Source: a virus
Lineage: Duplodnaviria > Caudoviricetes
Length of the DNA: 64,000 bases
Strand: one strand, 5' to 3'
Virus record (IMG/VR): IMGVR_UViG_3300014204_000123
Location: 69,714 to 133,713 of that record
Positions 9,429 through 18,517 of the stretch are shown piece after piece. The notes below the pieces were generated by a model. That model ran no database searches. It saw only the letters and a list, made by a program, of their open reading frames with translations, and was not told the origin of the DNA. The position numbers and the translations under genes are program-made. How positions within the stretch are numbered: the first letter of the stretch is position 1; each line of letters begins with the position of its first letter.

Positions 9429-10363
9429 TGGTAGAAGATCTTGGCGGTGTTGTATCTCAGATGCTGGCAGACCGAGGCGTTGGTGCTCCGAAGAACGCCA
9501 TTGACTTCTACCAGATCATAAAGTCTGGCAAGCGTCGGACCAGGACGCTTATGCCATGCAGGCCAGACACGATGTTCTCTACTCATGATTTTGGCCGTCT
9601 TTGCGCCTGGGAGGAGATCCTGTGCGCTCGATACAAGCTGGTTCGGATGAGGGAGGAGTCTCCGCAAGACAGGTACATGTTCAGTATCGGCAAGGCGTAC
9701 CATTGGATGTTCCAGAACCTTCTGTTTCCCCATGGCGGGGACACGATTATGACGAGGGACTGCCAAGCGAACAGGGTCGAGGCGGTTGGGGATGCCGATG
9801 ATCTGTTTCTGGGGTGGTGGAAGTGTGAGAGTTGCGCTGAGACTCATGCAGGGAAGGGGACCGGCTACCATAGCTGGATTCCGAGGCCCAAGCAGTGTCG
9901 CAAGTGTGGAGGCCATGAGTTCGAGTTCCGTGAGGCCGCTGCGGCGAGGGATGGATTCATATCCCACCAAGATGGCGGCATTAGGTACAACGGCAAGGTC
10001 TACCACGTAGAGTTCAAGACCATCAACGGGTTCTTTTTCAAGCAGTTGGGGATCGTTCCCAGGGACCCGGACCACATTGTCCAGGTCAGGTTGAACCAGC
10101 ACACATGCGGGATAGATCGGTCGTTGCTGGTATATATCAACAAAGAGGAGCCGACCGGCTCAAAGTCCATGAAAACCTATGAGGTTAGATATGCAGCGAA
10201 AGACGTTGCCCCTTCCCTTAGAAAAGCCGAGTCGATCATCAACGGGATCAAAAACGAAGACTCCCCGCTCCCGGCAGGATGTGCTTCCTGCGCAGATCCC
10301 GGTGACAAGCGCGCTCAGGCGTGTATCGCCCGGAAGTGGTGTCCGGTATGTGTTGGGCCTTGA
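9428..10363 (+). CDS. Cas4/AddB-like PD-(D/E)XK exonuclease with Fe-S-type cysteines
   Basis: N-terminal Cys (GRLC), G..YH, HQDG..VEFKT, HIVQV, C-terminal C..C...C.....C; inserted CESC/CRKC ribbon. Confidence 0.75.
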   Translation: MVEDLGGVVSQMLADRGVGAPKNAIDFYQIIKSGKRRTRTLMPCRPDTMFSTHDFGRLCAWEEILCARYKLVRMREESPQDRYMFSIGKAYHWMFQNLLFPHGGDTIMTRDCQANRVEAVGDADDLFLGWWKCESCAETHAGKGTGYHSWIPRPKQCRKCGGHEFEFREAAAARDGFISHQDGGIRYNGKVYHVEFKTINGFFFKQLGIVPRDPDHIVQVRLNQHTCGIDRSLLVYINKEEPTGSKSMKTYEVRYAAKDVAPSLRKAESIINGIKNEDSPLPAGCASCADPGDKRAQACIARKWCPVCVGP

Positions 10364-10913
10364 CCTATCGAATCGGGCCGCGGGCATTACGGTGGTTGAC
10401 CAGACGGGCCGAAAATGCTATGAAGATGTCAGTGGGTTCGCTCTTGCGAAAGCTGATTCTGAGGAGTCTCGGGTGTTGCGGATTTGCACTGTTCGTGATG
10501 CGTGCCTTCGGCCATTCAACCTATACAAGATAGATTCGGTTTGGTGTGAGGATTATGCCTTTAGTCGGGCAGGTTCGAGCAGTGTGACAGGCCTTGCCGA
10601 ACTGAGGGGCGCCATAAAGGCGATGCTTTGGGAGAAGCACAAGGTCACCATGAAGTTCGCCGGCGTTCGGACTGTCAGGTCCAGGTTGCTGGGCAAAGGT
10701 TGGGGCGGGAGCAAAACGAAGCGCCAGATTCTGGATTTTCTCAGTTTGCATGGTCGCGAGTTTCAAGACGACAACAGTATGGACGCTTGGTTGACCGGGA
10801 CCTATGGAATGTTGGTCGACGTGGGGGTTATCGATGAGACGGGGAATCAACGTAGTGGTTCAGGCAGGAAACGTGGGCGAGGCGTCAAAAGGGAGGCTCA
10901 GCAAGAAGGGTGA
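10302..10913 (+). CDS. RuvC-like Holliday junction resolvase (start uncertain)
   Basis: VLGLDLS...G, WCEDYAF, LAELRGAIK, DDNSMDAW. Confidence 0.8.
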   Translation: MTSALRRVSPGSGVRYVLGLDLSNRAAGITVVDQTGRKCYEDVSGFALAKADSEESRVLRICTVRDACLRPFNLYKIDSVWCEDYAFSRAGSSSVTGLAELRGAIKAMLWEKHKVTMKFAGVRTVRSRLLGKGWGGSKTKRQILDFLSLHGREFQDDNSMDAWLTGTYGMLVDVGVIDETGNQRSGSGRKRGRGVKREAQQEG

Positions 10914-11112
10914 GCCTGTTGTCGAGTTTACCCTGGCTGTCGAGGACCGGGGTGGATTCACTACATGGGTCAAGGTTAACGCCTACGGTGGTTTGGTACC
11001 TATTTGCGAGGGTAGGATGGTGTCGGGCGATTATGTGGTGGTCCGTGGAGAGTTGATCAATAAGAGCGGCGGGGTCTTAGAGGTCCGAGCCGAAGAGGTG
11101 ATTTGGGCTTAA
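10834..11112 (+). CDS. short OB-fold SSB-like protein
   Basis: INVVVQAGNVG...FTLAV...TTWVKVNAYG...GDYVVVRGEL...EVRAEEV; lacks the acidic tail. Confidence 0.8.
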   Translation: MRRGINVVVQAGNVGEASKGRLSKKGEPVVEFTLAVEDRGGFTTWVKVNAYGGLVPICEGRMVSGDYVVVRGELINKSGGVLEVRAEEVIWA

Positions 11113-11113
11113 C

Positions 11114-11129
11114 GTGCAATCGATTGCAC
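11114..11129. promoter_or_regulatory. perfect 16-bp palindrome GTGCAATCGATTGCAC
   Basis: between stop 11112 and SD GAGGAGG (11131-11137). Confidence 0.7.
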
Positions 11130-11141
11130 AGAGGAGGTGCT

Positions 11142-12191
11142 ATGAGTAGGAAGGTATTGGAGCAGGGTTTGACGAAGTTCGACGAGGCGTTGTTCCAGTC
11201 GTTGCTTAAGCTCTTTGACGAGGACGGGGTCGGGGCTGTCGACGGGAGCAAGGTCACGTCTGTATCAGATCCTGTCACCGGAGAAGAGATTTCCGACCCA
11301 GAGGCCATAGGTGAGATGTTTGGCCGTCTGGTGGCTTCGGGTCGACTGGTGGAAGAGACGGGCGACGATGGAACCAAGCTGTATCGGCGGGCTGGTGGTG
11401 AAGTCGCTGGGGCTTCGGATGCCATGACCGGGTCCGAAATGGAAATAGCGAATCGGGCCTTGTCGAAGGTCATGGATCTCAAATCTGCGATTGAAGTGAA
11501 GTTCTTCTACCTTGGCGGGGCCTTGAAAGAGGTCTTTGTTCACGAGCACTGGAAGGCCAAGGGATACAAGGGCTTTGACGAGTATGTCGAGAAGGAAGTG
11601 GACTTGAAGCGTCGAATGGCGCGGTATCTCATTCGCGTTTACGAGGTGTTCACCGAGATCGACAAGAATCTTCCCGATGGTCGAGTTCTCACGAAGCTCC
11701 AGATGATGGGGACCACCAAGGCAATCGAGCTTGTGGGCGTTGTCAATGGTTCCAACTTCGACGAGTGGGCGACCAGGGCGCAGGGCTTGACCGTTCGTGA
11801 ATTGAAGCGGATGGTTGCTTCGTCCGAGGGTGGTGGTACGGCCCTTCCCAAGTCAGTTGACGGCAAGTTGTCGGATAGCGGGGAACCTATGGAGAAAATG
11901 ACAAGGCTCACATTCGTCTTGGCTCCAGAACAGCTCAAGAACATCAACATGGCTCTGGAGGTATTGCGGGAAGAGACCAAGTCGGACAAGACGGGACACC
12001 TGCTGGACACGATGGCCTCGATCCTGCTGTCGCACTATGGCGACAAGGCTCCCACCGATGTTATGCTGGCGAACGTGGAGCGTTCAACCGGGCTTCGTCT
12101 GATTGCGTTCTCCGCTGAGGGTGACTGCATTCATGGTGAAGAGCTGCTGGCAAACGTAACGTCTGCGGTTGACGAGGACTCGGCAGATTGA
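11142..12191 (+). CDS. putative DNA-binding protein (DUF3102-like HTH region)
   Basis: FYLGGALKEV...GYKGFDEYVEKEVDLKRRMARYLI motif; strong SD before ATG 11142. Confidence 0.55.
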   Translation: MSRKVLEQGLTKFDEALFQSLLKLFDEDGVGAVDGSKVTSVSDPVTGEEISDPEAIGEMFGRLVASGRLVEETGDDGTKLYRRAGGEVAGASDAMTGSEMEIANRALSKVMDLKSAIEVKFFYLGGALKEVFVHEHWKAKGYKGFDEYVEKEVDLKRRMARYLIRVYEVFTEIDKNLPDGRVLTKLQMMGTTKAIELVGVVNGSNFDEWATRAQGLTVRELKRMVASSEGGGTALPKSVDGKLSDSGEPMEKMTRLTFVLAPEQLKNINMALEVLREETKSDKTGHLLDTMASILLSHYGDKAPTDVMLANVERSTGLRLIAFSAEGDCIHGEELLANVTSAVDEDSAD

Positions 12192-12238
12192 CCTATTCAG
12201 TACGGTTTGTGGTATGGTGAGGTCAGTGGGGGTGGCTT

Positions 12239-12898
12239 ATGGCGAGGCAAGACCATAACGTTGTGGACATTGGTGACGCCGTTCTCCTTAAGCTGCCCTG
12301 CATTGACGTTGTGGTAGTCATGCTCCGAACGGGGAGCACTCCAGAGAAAGTCGCAGAATACATACAAGCAGATTGCAGGCTGCTAGAGTCAATGCCCAGA
12401 TATGAGTTGGTATCTAGGCTTATCACCATGCAAGACAAGCTGGCGGATGCTGTAGGCCCTCCCCTGTCCGATATAGACCCGAACGATGACAGTCGGGTGG
12501 ATGAGCTGTCTTTGCTCGCTGACCTATATGAGATGCAGTACAAGCGTCTCTTGTGGATCGAGGCGATAGAACGAAAAGCAGACTATCCGATCAAAACCTT
12601 TCCGTTAGAGATCGGCGCTGCCAGAGCGATCTTGAAAGTTTCCGGGGAGCTTCGAGACCGGCGGCGTGCATCCGGGGCACTTACCACAGTCCCGGACGAC
12701 GGCAAAGAGAAACAGCTTAGGTTGCTGGAGTCGAAATACGGGAAGAGCGTTATGTCTGTTCTGGCCAGCCCCGCCCGCAGGCGTAAACTCTTAGGTACGG
12801 TCGAGATGCTTCGAGCGGATGACCGGATCACGAAGACGGATGAGCTTGTCGAAGAGACATTGAGAGACCAGGAGGACGACGATGGCAATGACGGGTAA
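12239..12898 (+). CDS. putative terminase small subunit
   Basis: helical protein overlapping the TerL start. Confidence 0.5.
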   Translation: MARQDHNVVDIGDAVLLKLPCIDVVVVMLRTGSTPEKVAEYIQADCRLLESMPRYELVSRLITMQDKLADAVGPPLSDIDPNDDSRVDELSLLADLYEMQYKRLLWIEAIERKADYPIKTFPLEIGAARAILKVSGELRDRRRASGALTTVPDDGKEKQLRLLESKYGKSVMSVLASPARRRKLLGTVEMLRADDRITKTDELVEETLRDQEDDDGNDG

Positions 12899-14876
12899 GA
12901 GCTATGCTCGTCGAAGCTACCGTACTCCAGAAGAGATCCAGGTCCTTTTGCATGGGGAAGTGTCCCGCCTGAATCCAGAAGAGATGGACGTGTTGACGTC
13001 TGCCATAGGTGACGAGGCGCTTATGGCGGCGCTGTTGGAAATGGAGTACGACGAGATCCCCGTTTCTCCGAAGCAGTTTCTGGAAGACGACCGATACTAT
13101 GGGATGTTCGGGGCGAGTATGCACGCTCCGCTTCAACGGGACTTCGCTGACCTATTCACGGACGGATATGACGAGGTAGTTCTGTCCGGTTCGTTGGGGT
13201 GGGGCAAGAGCTATTTCTCCACCGCCTGCATCATTTACGATGCGTACAAGACGTTGTGCCTCAGAGACCCGCAGCAGAGTTACGGGTTGGCCCCAAGGAG
13301 CCGTATTCTGTCGGCAGTGATTTCGTTGTCGATCGAGCACGCCCGCTTAGGTGTTTTGGAGGATATCTCCACTCGTGTTCTGATGATGCCCATTTTCCGA
13401 GAGAAGTTCCCGTGTACGGTTCGGAAGTCCGGCCTGTTCTTCTTGAACAAGAACTTGGTGATTTTGCCGGAGAACTATGCGGCGCAGCGTATCATCGGAT
13501 TGAACGTGTATTCTGCGTTCATTGACGAGGCCAACTTCGCCAAGGGCGGGAAGAGTGCTGCATCTAGTGGGGGTCAGTCGGTGGGTAAAGCGAAGGCCAT
13601 TTATGAGTCGGTCATGAACCGCCGGAAGTCTCGTTACATGGTTGGCGGTAGAGTCCCTGGGATGTGCATTATCGTGTCTTCCGCTACGGTACAGTCTGCA
13701 TTTACGGTGGAGAAGGTCCGTGAAGCGGAGAAGAACCCCAACATCTTTGTCAGGAACTACGCTACCTGGGATGTCAAGCCCGACCAGTTCAACAAGGGCG
13801 TGTTCTATGTATTGGTGGCTTCCGGTGGGAAGCACTGCCGGATTCTCACGGATGAAGAGGCGAAGTTCTACCAAGAGAAGTCGGACCTTGACCCTGCGAT
13901 ATCAGTTGTTCCGGTTCCAACCGACTATCGGGATGCGTTCGACACGAACCTGATTGGGAGCCTCAGAGAAATTGCAGGCATACCAGCGGAGGCGGTTACT
14001 CACCTATTCCCGGACAGCATTGTCGTTGATAGGGCCGAAGATCCAGGGTGGGGGCCAGAGTTGCAGCATGGGTTCACGACGAAGGAATGGGAGTGCGAGG
14101 GCGAGGGGGGGTTTGTTTGGGAGCGCTTGTGTGAGCGAAGGGACGACTTGGTTGGGGCCGGGTATTCAGAGAGCCAGTGGAGGCCCAAGATAGACCCGGA
14201 AGCGCTTCGGTTTGCTCATATAGATACGTCGGTCAATGGTGACGCCACGGGCATTTGCGTGGGCCACGTTCATGGGTATACCGAGGTGGTCAGGCGTGAC
14301 AGCGATCTCAAGGAGTACACGGAGATTGCCCCGAGGATCATCATCGACTTTGAGCTTCGGATTCTACCTCCTCCTGGAGGGGATATCAGGCTTGGTGCGG
14401 TTAGGGCGTTGCTCTATGAGATGCAGGACCACGGGTTTGTGTTCGCATTGGTAACGACAGACGGCTACCAGAGCGTGGACACTCGGCAGAAATTGGAACA
14501 GCACGGTATCAAAGCCGAACTTGCATCAATGGACAGGGATGATGTACCCTACATGAAGTTGCAGTCGGCCTATATGGAGCGCCGGGTGAAGCGTGTTCCA
14601 TTCCCGCATTTGACGTGGGAGTTGACCAACCTGATTCACGATCGAGCAGCAAGGAAGGTTGATCATCCGTCTCAAATGGTGGATAACCGGCTTCCGAGCA
14701 AGGACGTTTCCGATGCTGAGTGCGGGGTTGTTGCTGCGATAGAGCTAAGGCGTCCAGGGATGAGGTCGATGCAGTTGGCCAATTCTTTGGAAGTTGGCAC
14801 CGATGATGATGATGACAGGTGGGTAACTGGGGGCCGGAGACTGGCGGGGTCAAGCGACCCGTTTAGGAGGATGTAG
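12882..14876 (+). CDS. terL: terminase large subunit
   Basis: GSLGWGKS Walker A, FIDEANF Walker B, VSSA coupling motif, HIDTS and KDVSDA nuclease aspartates. Confidence 0.92.
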   Translation: MAMTGKSYARRSYRTPEEIQVLLHGEVSRLNPEEMDVLTSAIGDEALMAALLEMEYDEIPVSPKQFLEDDRYYGMFGASMHAPLQRDFADLFTDGYDEVVLSGSLGWGKSYFSTACIIYDAYKTLCLRDPQQSYGLAPRSRILSAVISLSIEHARLGVLEDISTRVLMMPIFREKFPCTVRKSGLFFLNKNLVILPENYAAQRIIGLNVYSAFIDEANFAKGGKSAASSGGQSVGKAKAIYESVMNRRKSRYMVGGRVPGMCIIVSSATVQSAFTVEKVREAEKNPNIFVRNYATWDVKPDQFNKGVFYVLVASGGKHCRILTDEEAKFYQEKSDLDPAISVVPVPTDYRDAFDTNLIGSLREIAGIPAEAVTHLFPDSIVVDRAEDPGWGPELQHGFTTKEWECEGEGGFVWERLCERRDDLVGAGYSESQWRPKIDPEALRFAHIDTSVNGDATGICVGHVHGYTEVVRRDSDLKEYTEIAPRIIIDFELRILPPPGGDIRLGAVRALLYEMQDHGFVFALVTTDGYQSVDTRQKLEQHGIKAELASMDRDDVPYMKLQSAYMERRVKRVPFPHLTWELTNLIHDRAARKVDHPSQMVDNRLPSKDVSDAECGVVAAIELRRPGMRSMQLANSLEVGTDDDDDRWVTGGRRLAGSSDPFRRM

Positions 14877-16577
14877 ATGGGTTTCGGAACCAAGGTCAGG
14901 GAGCGGGTAGCTAAGTACCTATCGAAGAACGAAACCTCCATCAAGTCGAAGGAAGAGGAGAGGGATGAACTCCGGTCTCTGTCGTCCTCTGGCATAGGTG
15001 ATGTGGCGACCGACTATGATGTCTGGGGCTGGTACGAGAGTAAGACGTCGATAGAGAAGAATCTAACATCAAGATATATAGACTACGAGGATATGGATGA
15101 TTATCCTGATCACTCAGCCGCCCTCGACACATGGGCCGATGAGAGTACACAGCCAGATCAAATGAAAAAGGTTCCTATATGGGTTGAGAGTACAAACCAT
15201 TCAGTAATGGAGCGAGGGAACGAGCTATTAGATCACTTGAAGGTCGACGGGGATATGTGGGGCCTATCTCGGGGCATTGCGAAGTACGGCAACCAGTTTG
15301 GGGAGCTGCTGATAGGTGATAACGGAGTGGAGGGAATCCGGTATTTGGATGCTCCTACCGTGAGGGTTGTTGCCAGGGCCGGGAAGGTTATAGGGTACGT
15401 CCAGGACCCAACTGGGAAATTCCAAATAAACGCTTCACAGTTTGAAAAATGTTTAGAGAGCAACACCTATCTCGTGGGAGATATGGCTTTATTCCATCCC
15501 TATGAGATGGTCCATTGGAAGTTGATGCTCAGGCGGCTGCGAGGCCTTTACGGTCATGGGATAGGTGAGCCTGTTCGGTGGTTGCACAAGCGGATGATCA
15601 TGCTGGAGGACTCTGCGGTTTTGTTCAAGATCACGCGTGCGCCTGTTCGTCTAGCGTATTATGTGTCATGCGGGGACATCCCGGCAGAGAAGCGCATGGC
15701 GTATGTCAAGCAGGTCAAGTCCATGTACGCCCGGAAGCCGTACAAGTCGTCCGATGGCAAGATGCAGTTCCCCTACAACCCGCTGAACCCCATGGAAGAG
15801 TTCTGGTTTCCAGCCGGAAGCGGGGGTGGAGATACCAGGATAGAAACCGTTGGAGGTTCGGACTTCCAGTCCATGGAACTTTTGGATTACTTCCAGAACA
15901 AATACCATATGGCGTTGAAGGTCCCGAGACTCCACATAGGCGGGAACGGTGAGGTGTCTGGGTCGTTTTTGGCGCAGACGAGTGTGATATTCGCTCGGTC
16001 GATACTGAGGCAGCAGGGGGCGATATGCGACGGCTGGGATTATGTCGTTGGTGTTGACCTCATGGCCAGGAACATAGACCCGGAATCCGTGAGCTATGCT
16101 ACGCGCATGACCATTCCTTCGTCGATTTTCGAGTTGGCGAGGATGGAGGTGTGGAACGCCAGAGCGGATCTCATGAGTCGAATTGGCGAATACATGCCCA
16201 CGACGTGGATGCTCTTGAACATCATAGGTCTCAGCGAAGAGGAATCGGCTCAGATCATCGCCTTGAAGCAATATGAGCGGCGTGTTCTGTCGCTTTGGGA
16301 TGCCAGGAATCTTGCGGACGGTGAGAAGATCCAGGCTGGCGCCGGTGGGGACGCCTCTAGTGAAGAGGAAGAGGTTTCCTCTGCGTTGAAGGCCAAGTGG
16401 GGTCAGCTTTTGGCCAACGAGGAAAAGCACAGCAAGTTCGGCCTAGCGGAAGAGCGTAGGGTTTTGAGCAAGGTCAACGACCTATTGTCTCAGGATCGTA
16501 AGCTTGCGAGCAGGATGGACGATATCGCAACCATGGTGCGCGACATGAAGCGAATCACATTGATGACGAGGAAGTAG
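14877..16577 (+). CDS. portal protein (T4 gp20-like)
   Basis: YEDMDDYPD.SAALD..ADE, LEDSAVLFKITRAP.R..YYV..G.IP, EEFWFP, ALKVP. Confidence 0.92.
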   Translation: MGFGTKVRERVAKYLSKNETSIKSKEEERDELRSLSSSGIGDVATDYDVWGWYESKTSIEKNLTSRYIDYEDMDDYPDHSAALDTWADESTQPDQMKKVPIWVESTNHSVMERGNELLDHLKVDGDMWGLSRGIAKYGNQFGELLIGDNGVEGIRYLDAPTVRVVARAGKVIGYVQDPTGKFQINASQFEKCLESNTYLVGDMALFHPYEMVHWKLMLRRLRGLYGHGIGEPVRWLHKRMIMLEDSAVLFKITRAPVRLAYYVSCGDIPAEKRMAYVKQVKSMYARKPYKSSDGKMQFPYNPLNPMEEFWFPAGSGGGDTRIETVGGSDFQSMELLDYFQNKYHMALKVPRLHIGGNGEVSGSFLAQTSVIFARSILRQQGAICDGWDYVVGVDLMARNIDPESVSYATRMTIPSSIFELARMEVWNARADLMSRIGEYMPTTWMLLNIIGLSEEESAQIIALKQYERRVLSLWDARNLADGEKIQAGAGGDASSEEEEVSSALKAKWGQLLANEEKHSKFGLAEERRVLSKVNDLLSQDRKLASRMDDIATMVRDMKRITLMTRK

Positions 16578-16647
16578 TTGTCTGGAAGGTGGCTTCCCGT
16601 TTCTGGGAAGTGCAATTGTGCTTGCCCATGGCGGACCTGAGAATAGC

Positions 16648-16675
16648 TTGACACTCAAATTGGCGCGGGTACTAT
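16648..16675 (+). promoter_or_regulatory. sigma70-type promoter TTGACA-N16-TACTAT upstream of head genes
   Basis: consensus -35 in a 107-bp intergenic gap. Confidence 0.5.
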
Positions 16676-16684
16676 AAAGTCAGC

Positions 16685-17563
16685 ATGGGGGGTTTCATGA
16701 GACGGCTTCCTGGACCTATCGAGAAGTTGTGCGGCGGTAGTCTTGAATCGATCAAAAATCGATTCTCTACGGCATATCCTACAGAAGAAGTTATCGCCAC
16801 GTTTAGCACCTACGTAGTGTCCAAGAAGGGTTTGGACTACGTCAGGCGAGACCTATCCGAGGCTATGGATTTTATAGGTGAGCAAACCATCTGGAGTGCG
16901 TCCAATGGGGATGCCTTGCTGGAGGCCCGTAGGGTAGCGGAGAAGGTTGCGTCCGATGCGATGACAGGGGCAGTGGACCCAGAGGACATGGACCTATTGG
17001 TAGGCCATATCCTGTCAGGCAACTCGTTCACAGTTGCAAGCGTGAAAGAGTCCATTATGACAGTTCTGGTTGGCACGAGTGTATGGAGATCCTTCTACCG
17101 AGAGTTCGAGCCAAGGATTCGGAAGCTGTTGCGCGGGGAACTTGGCAAGTTGACCGGCAATCAATTGCAGCCCAAGTTCCGAGATATTCGGCTTGGAGAA
17201 TTGGACAAGGGGGCGTCTGCCGATGCCATGAACTCTATCCGGCTGTCGTTGCGTGAGGTGGCGTCTCGGTTGGATGCTCTTCACCAACGGGCGTTGGCGA
17301 TTCAGATCCCAAATGCTCCGGTTGGCAGGATGGACCTGGAGCATGACTACGTGCAATTCCGGGCATTGAAGGCTTCTCTGGAAGCGGAGATAGTCAGGAT
17401 TTACGAGTATATTGTAGGTATAGACGTTACGACCGGGAACCTTGAAGACGCTGCTGTGACCTATGACCTCCTGACGGAGGAGCTGTATAGGTACGAGGTT
17501 ATGCTGGCGTTCTTTGTTAGGGCTATCAATGTGGCGTCGATGGACGACGTTGCAGGTATTTAG
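16685..17563 (+). CDS. hypothetical head-module protein
   Basis: long helical ORF between portal and protease. Confidence 0.7.
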   Translation: MGGFMRRLPGPIEKLCGGSLESIKNRFSTAYPTEEVIATFSTYVVSKKGLDYVRRDLSEAMDFIGEQTIWSASNGDALLEARRVAEKVASDAMTGAVDPEDMDLLVGHILSGNSFTVASVKESIMTVLVGTSVWRSFYREFEPRIRKLLRGELGKLTGNQLQPKFRDIRLGELDKGASADAMNSIRLSLREVASRLDALHQRALAIQIPNAPVGRMDLEHDYVQFRALKASLEAEIVRIYEYIVGIDVTTGNLEDAAVTYDLLTEELYRYEVMLAFFVRAINVASMDDVAGI

Positions 17564-17574
17564 TGGAGGATCAC

Positions 17575-18303
17575 ATGAACAGAACCCCGAAAACCCTGCT
17601 CGAAGAGCTGGCGGGAGTGGGCGTTAGCCTTCCTGAGATGAATCAGATGGCTGGCGCGCCTGCTGCTAATGGCAGCGAGAAAAGCGCCCAGGATGGCGAG
17701 ATTGCGACCGAAGGGCTGAAGAAAACCCGCAAGCAGATTGGCGGGGCTGCCCGGATAAGGAAGATCAAGCGTCGCAAGTATTATCGAGCGCACAAGTCAG
17801 AGATCAAGCGAGGCAATCGCCAGTATAGGCGCAGCGCTTCTGGTAAGAGAAACTCTCGCCTGCGTAAGCGTCTCGCCCCGAAGATCAATAAGATGCGTAG
17901 TTCCGCTCCTGACGGGGTCCGTATCTCGCTTAGCGACACCGGGATCTCGTCCAATCTGGCAGAGCGCATCCGAATGGAGTCTGTTTCTGCTGGCGTTGGC
18001 AAGGCGTCTGGACCTATTGCTGAGGCTTACGAGTCCTTTGTCCGAGGGGCAGACCTTGCTCTGGAGATGATGGTTCGTTACGGGGCATCTGGGAGCCTGG
18101 ATGTTGCCAATGAGATGGGCAATCTTGCCGAAGCTCTGATGGATCTTGCAGATCGAGCGGAAGCGAGTTCGGCTGTCGAAGGCCTGGAGTCTCTGGAAGT
18201 GGAAGCGAAGGGAGCTTTCAAGGGGCTGAATGCCTGCTTGGAGGACTATTTTCGCAACCGATATGGGATGGGCCTGGGCGACGATTCTAGCGACGAAGAC
18301 TGA
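17575..18303 (+). CDS. prohead core protein-like (basic K/R-rich centre, T4 gp68-like position)
   Basis: KKTRKQIGGAARIRKIKRRKYYR...; acidic C-terminal half; GGAGG SD. Confidence 0.5.
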   Translation: MNRTPKTLLEELAGVGVSLPEMNQMAGAPAANGSEKSAQDGEIATEGLKKTRKQIGGAARIRKIKRRKYYRAHKSEIKRGNRQYRRSASGKRNSRLRKRLAPKINKMRSSAPDGVRISLSDTGISSNLAERIRMESVSAGVGKASGPIAEAYESFVRGADLALEMMVRYGASGSLDVANEMGNLAEALMDLADRAEASSAVEGLESLEVEAKGAFKGLNACLEDYFRNRYGMGLGDDSSDED

Positions 18304-18304
18304 T

Positions 18305-18517
18305 TTGAGAGTAGAGGGGGCCTCCCCGGTAGACGGAGGTTCCCTTTACCTATCAGAATACGGTCGGAAGCGCAGGACGGCGTACCGTAGCGGGAGACTG
18401 GAATTGATCGGGTACGAGCGACCACGGTTTCGCAAGAAGCGAAAGAGCCCAACGGCGGATTCTTCGATTCTTTCCAGGACCCCGTTACGGAGTCGCCATA
18501 GGTGGAGGAGGTATTAG
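18305..18517 (+). CDS. small very basic protein (start uncertain)
   Basis: fills the gap exactly; Arg-rich; its TAG abuts the protease ATG. Confidence 0.4.
   Translation: MRVEGASPVDGGSLYLSEYGRKRRTAYRSGRLELIGYERPRFRKKRKSPTADSSILSRTPLRSRHRWRRY

Noticed and set aside
9428-10363. Cas4-like gene as a sign of a CRISPR-Cas locus
   Set aside because: No repeat-spacer array or other cas genes seen; solo Cas4-like nucleases are common in phage recombination modules
12188-12218. TTGACC...TATGGT promoter before TerS
   Set aside because: 19-bp spacer and mismatches in both boxes; only a possible extended -10, so not listed as a feature
16611-16625. TGCAATTGTGCTTGC as another palindrome copy
   Set aside because: The spacing is altered and the match is too degenerate to count
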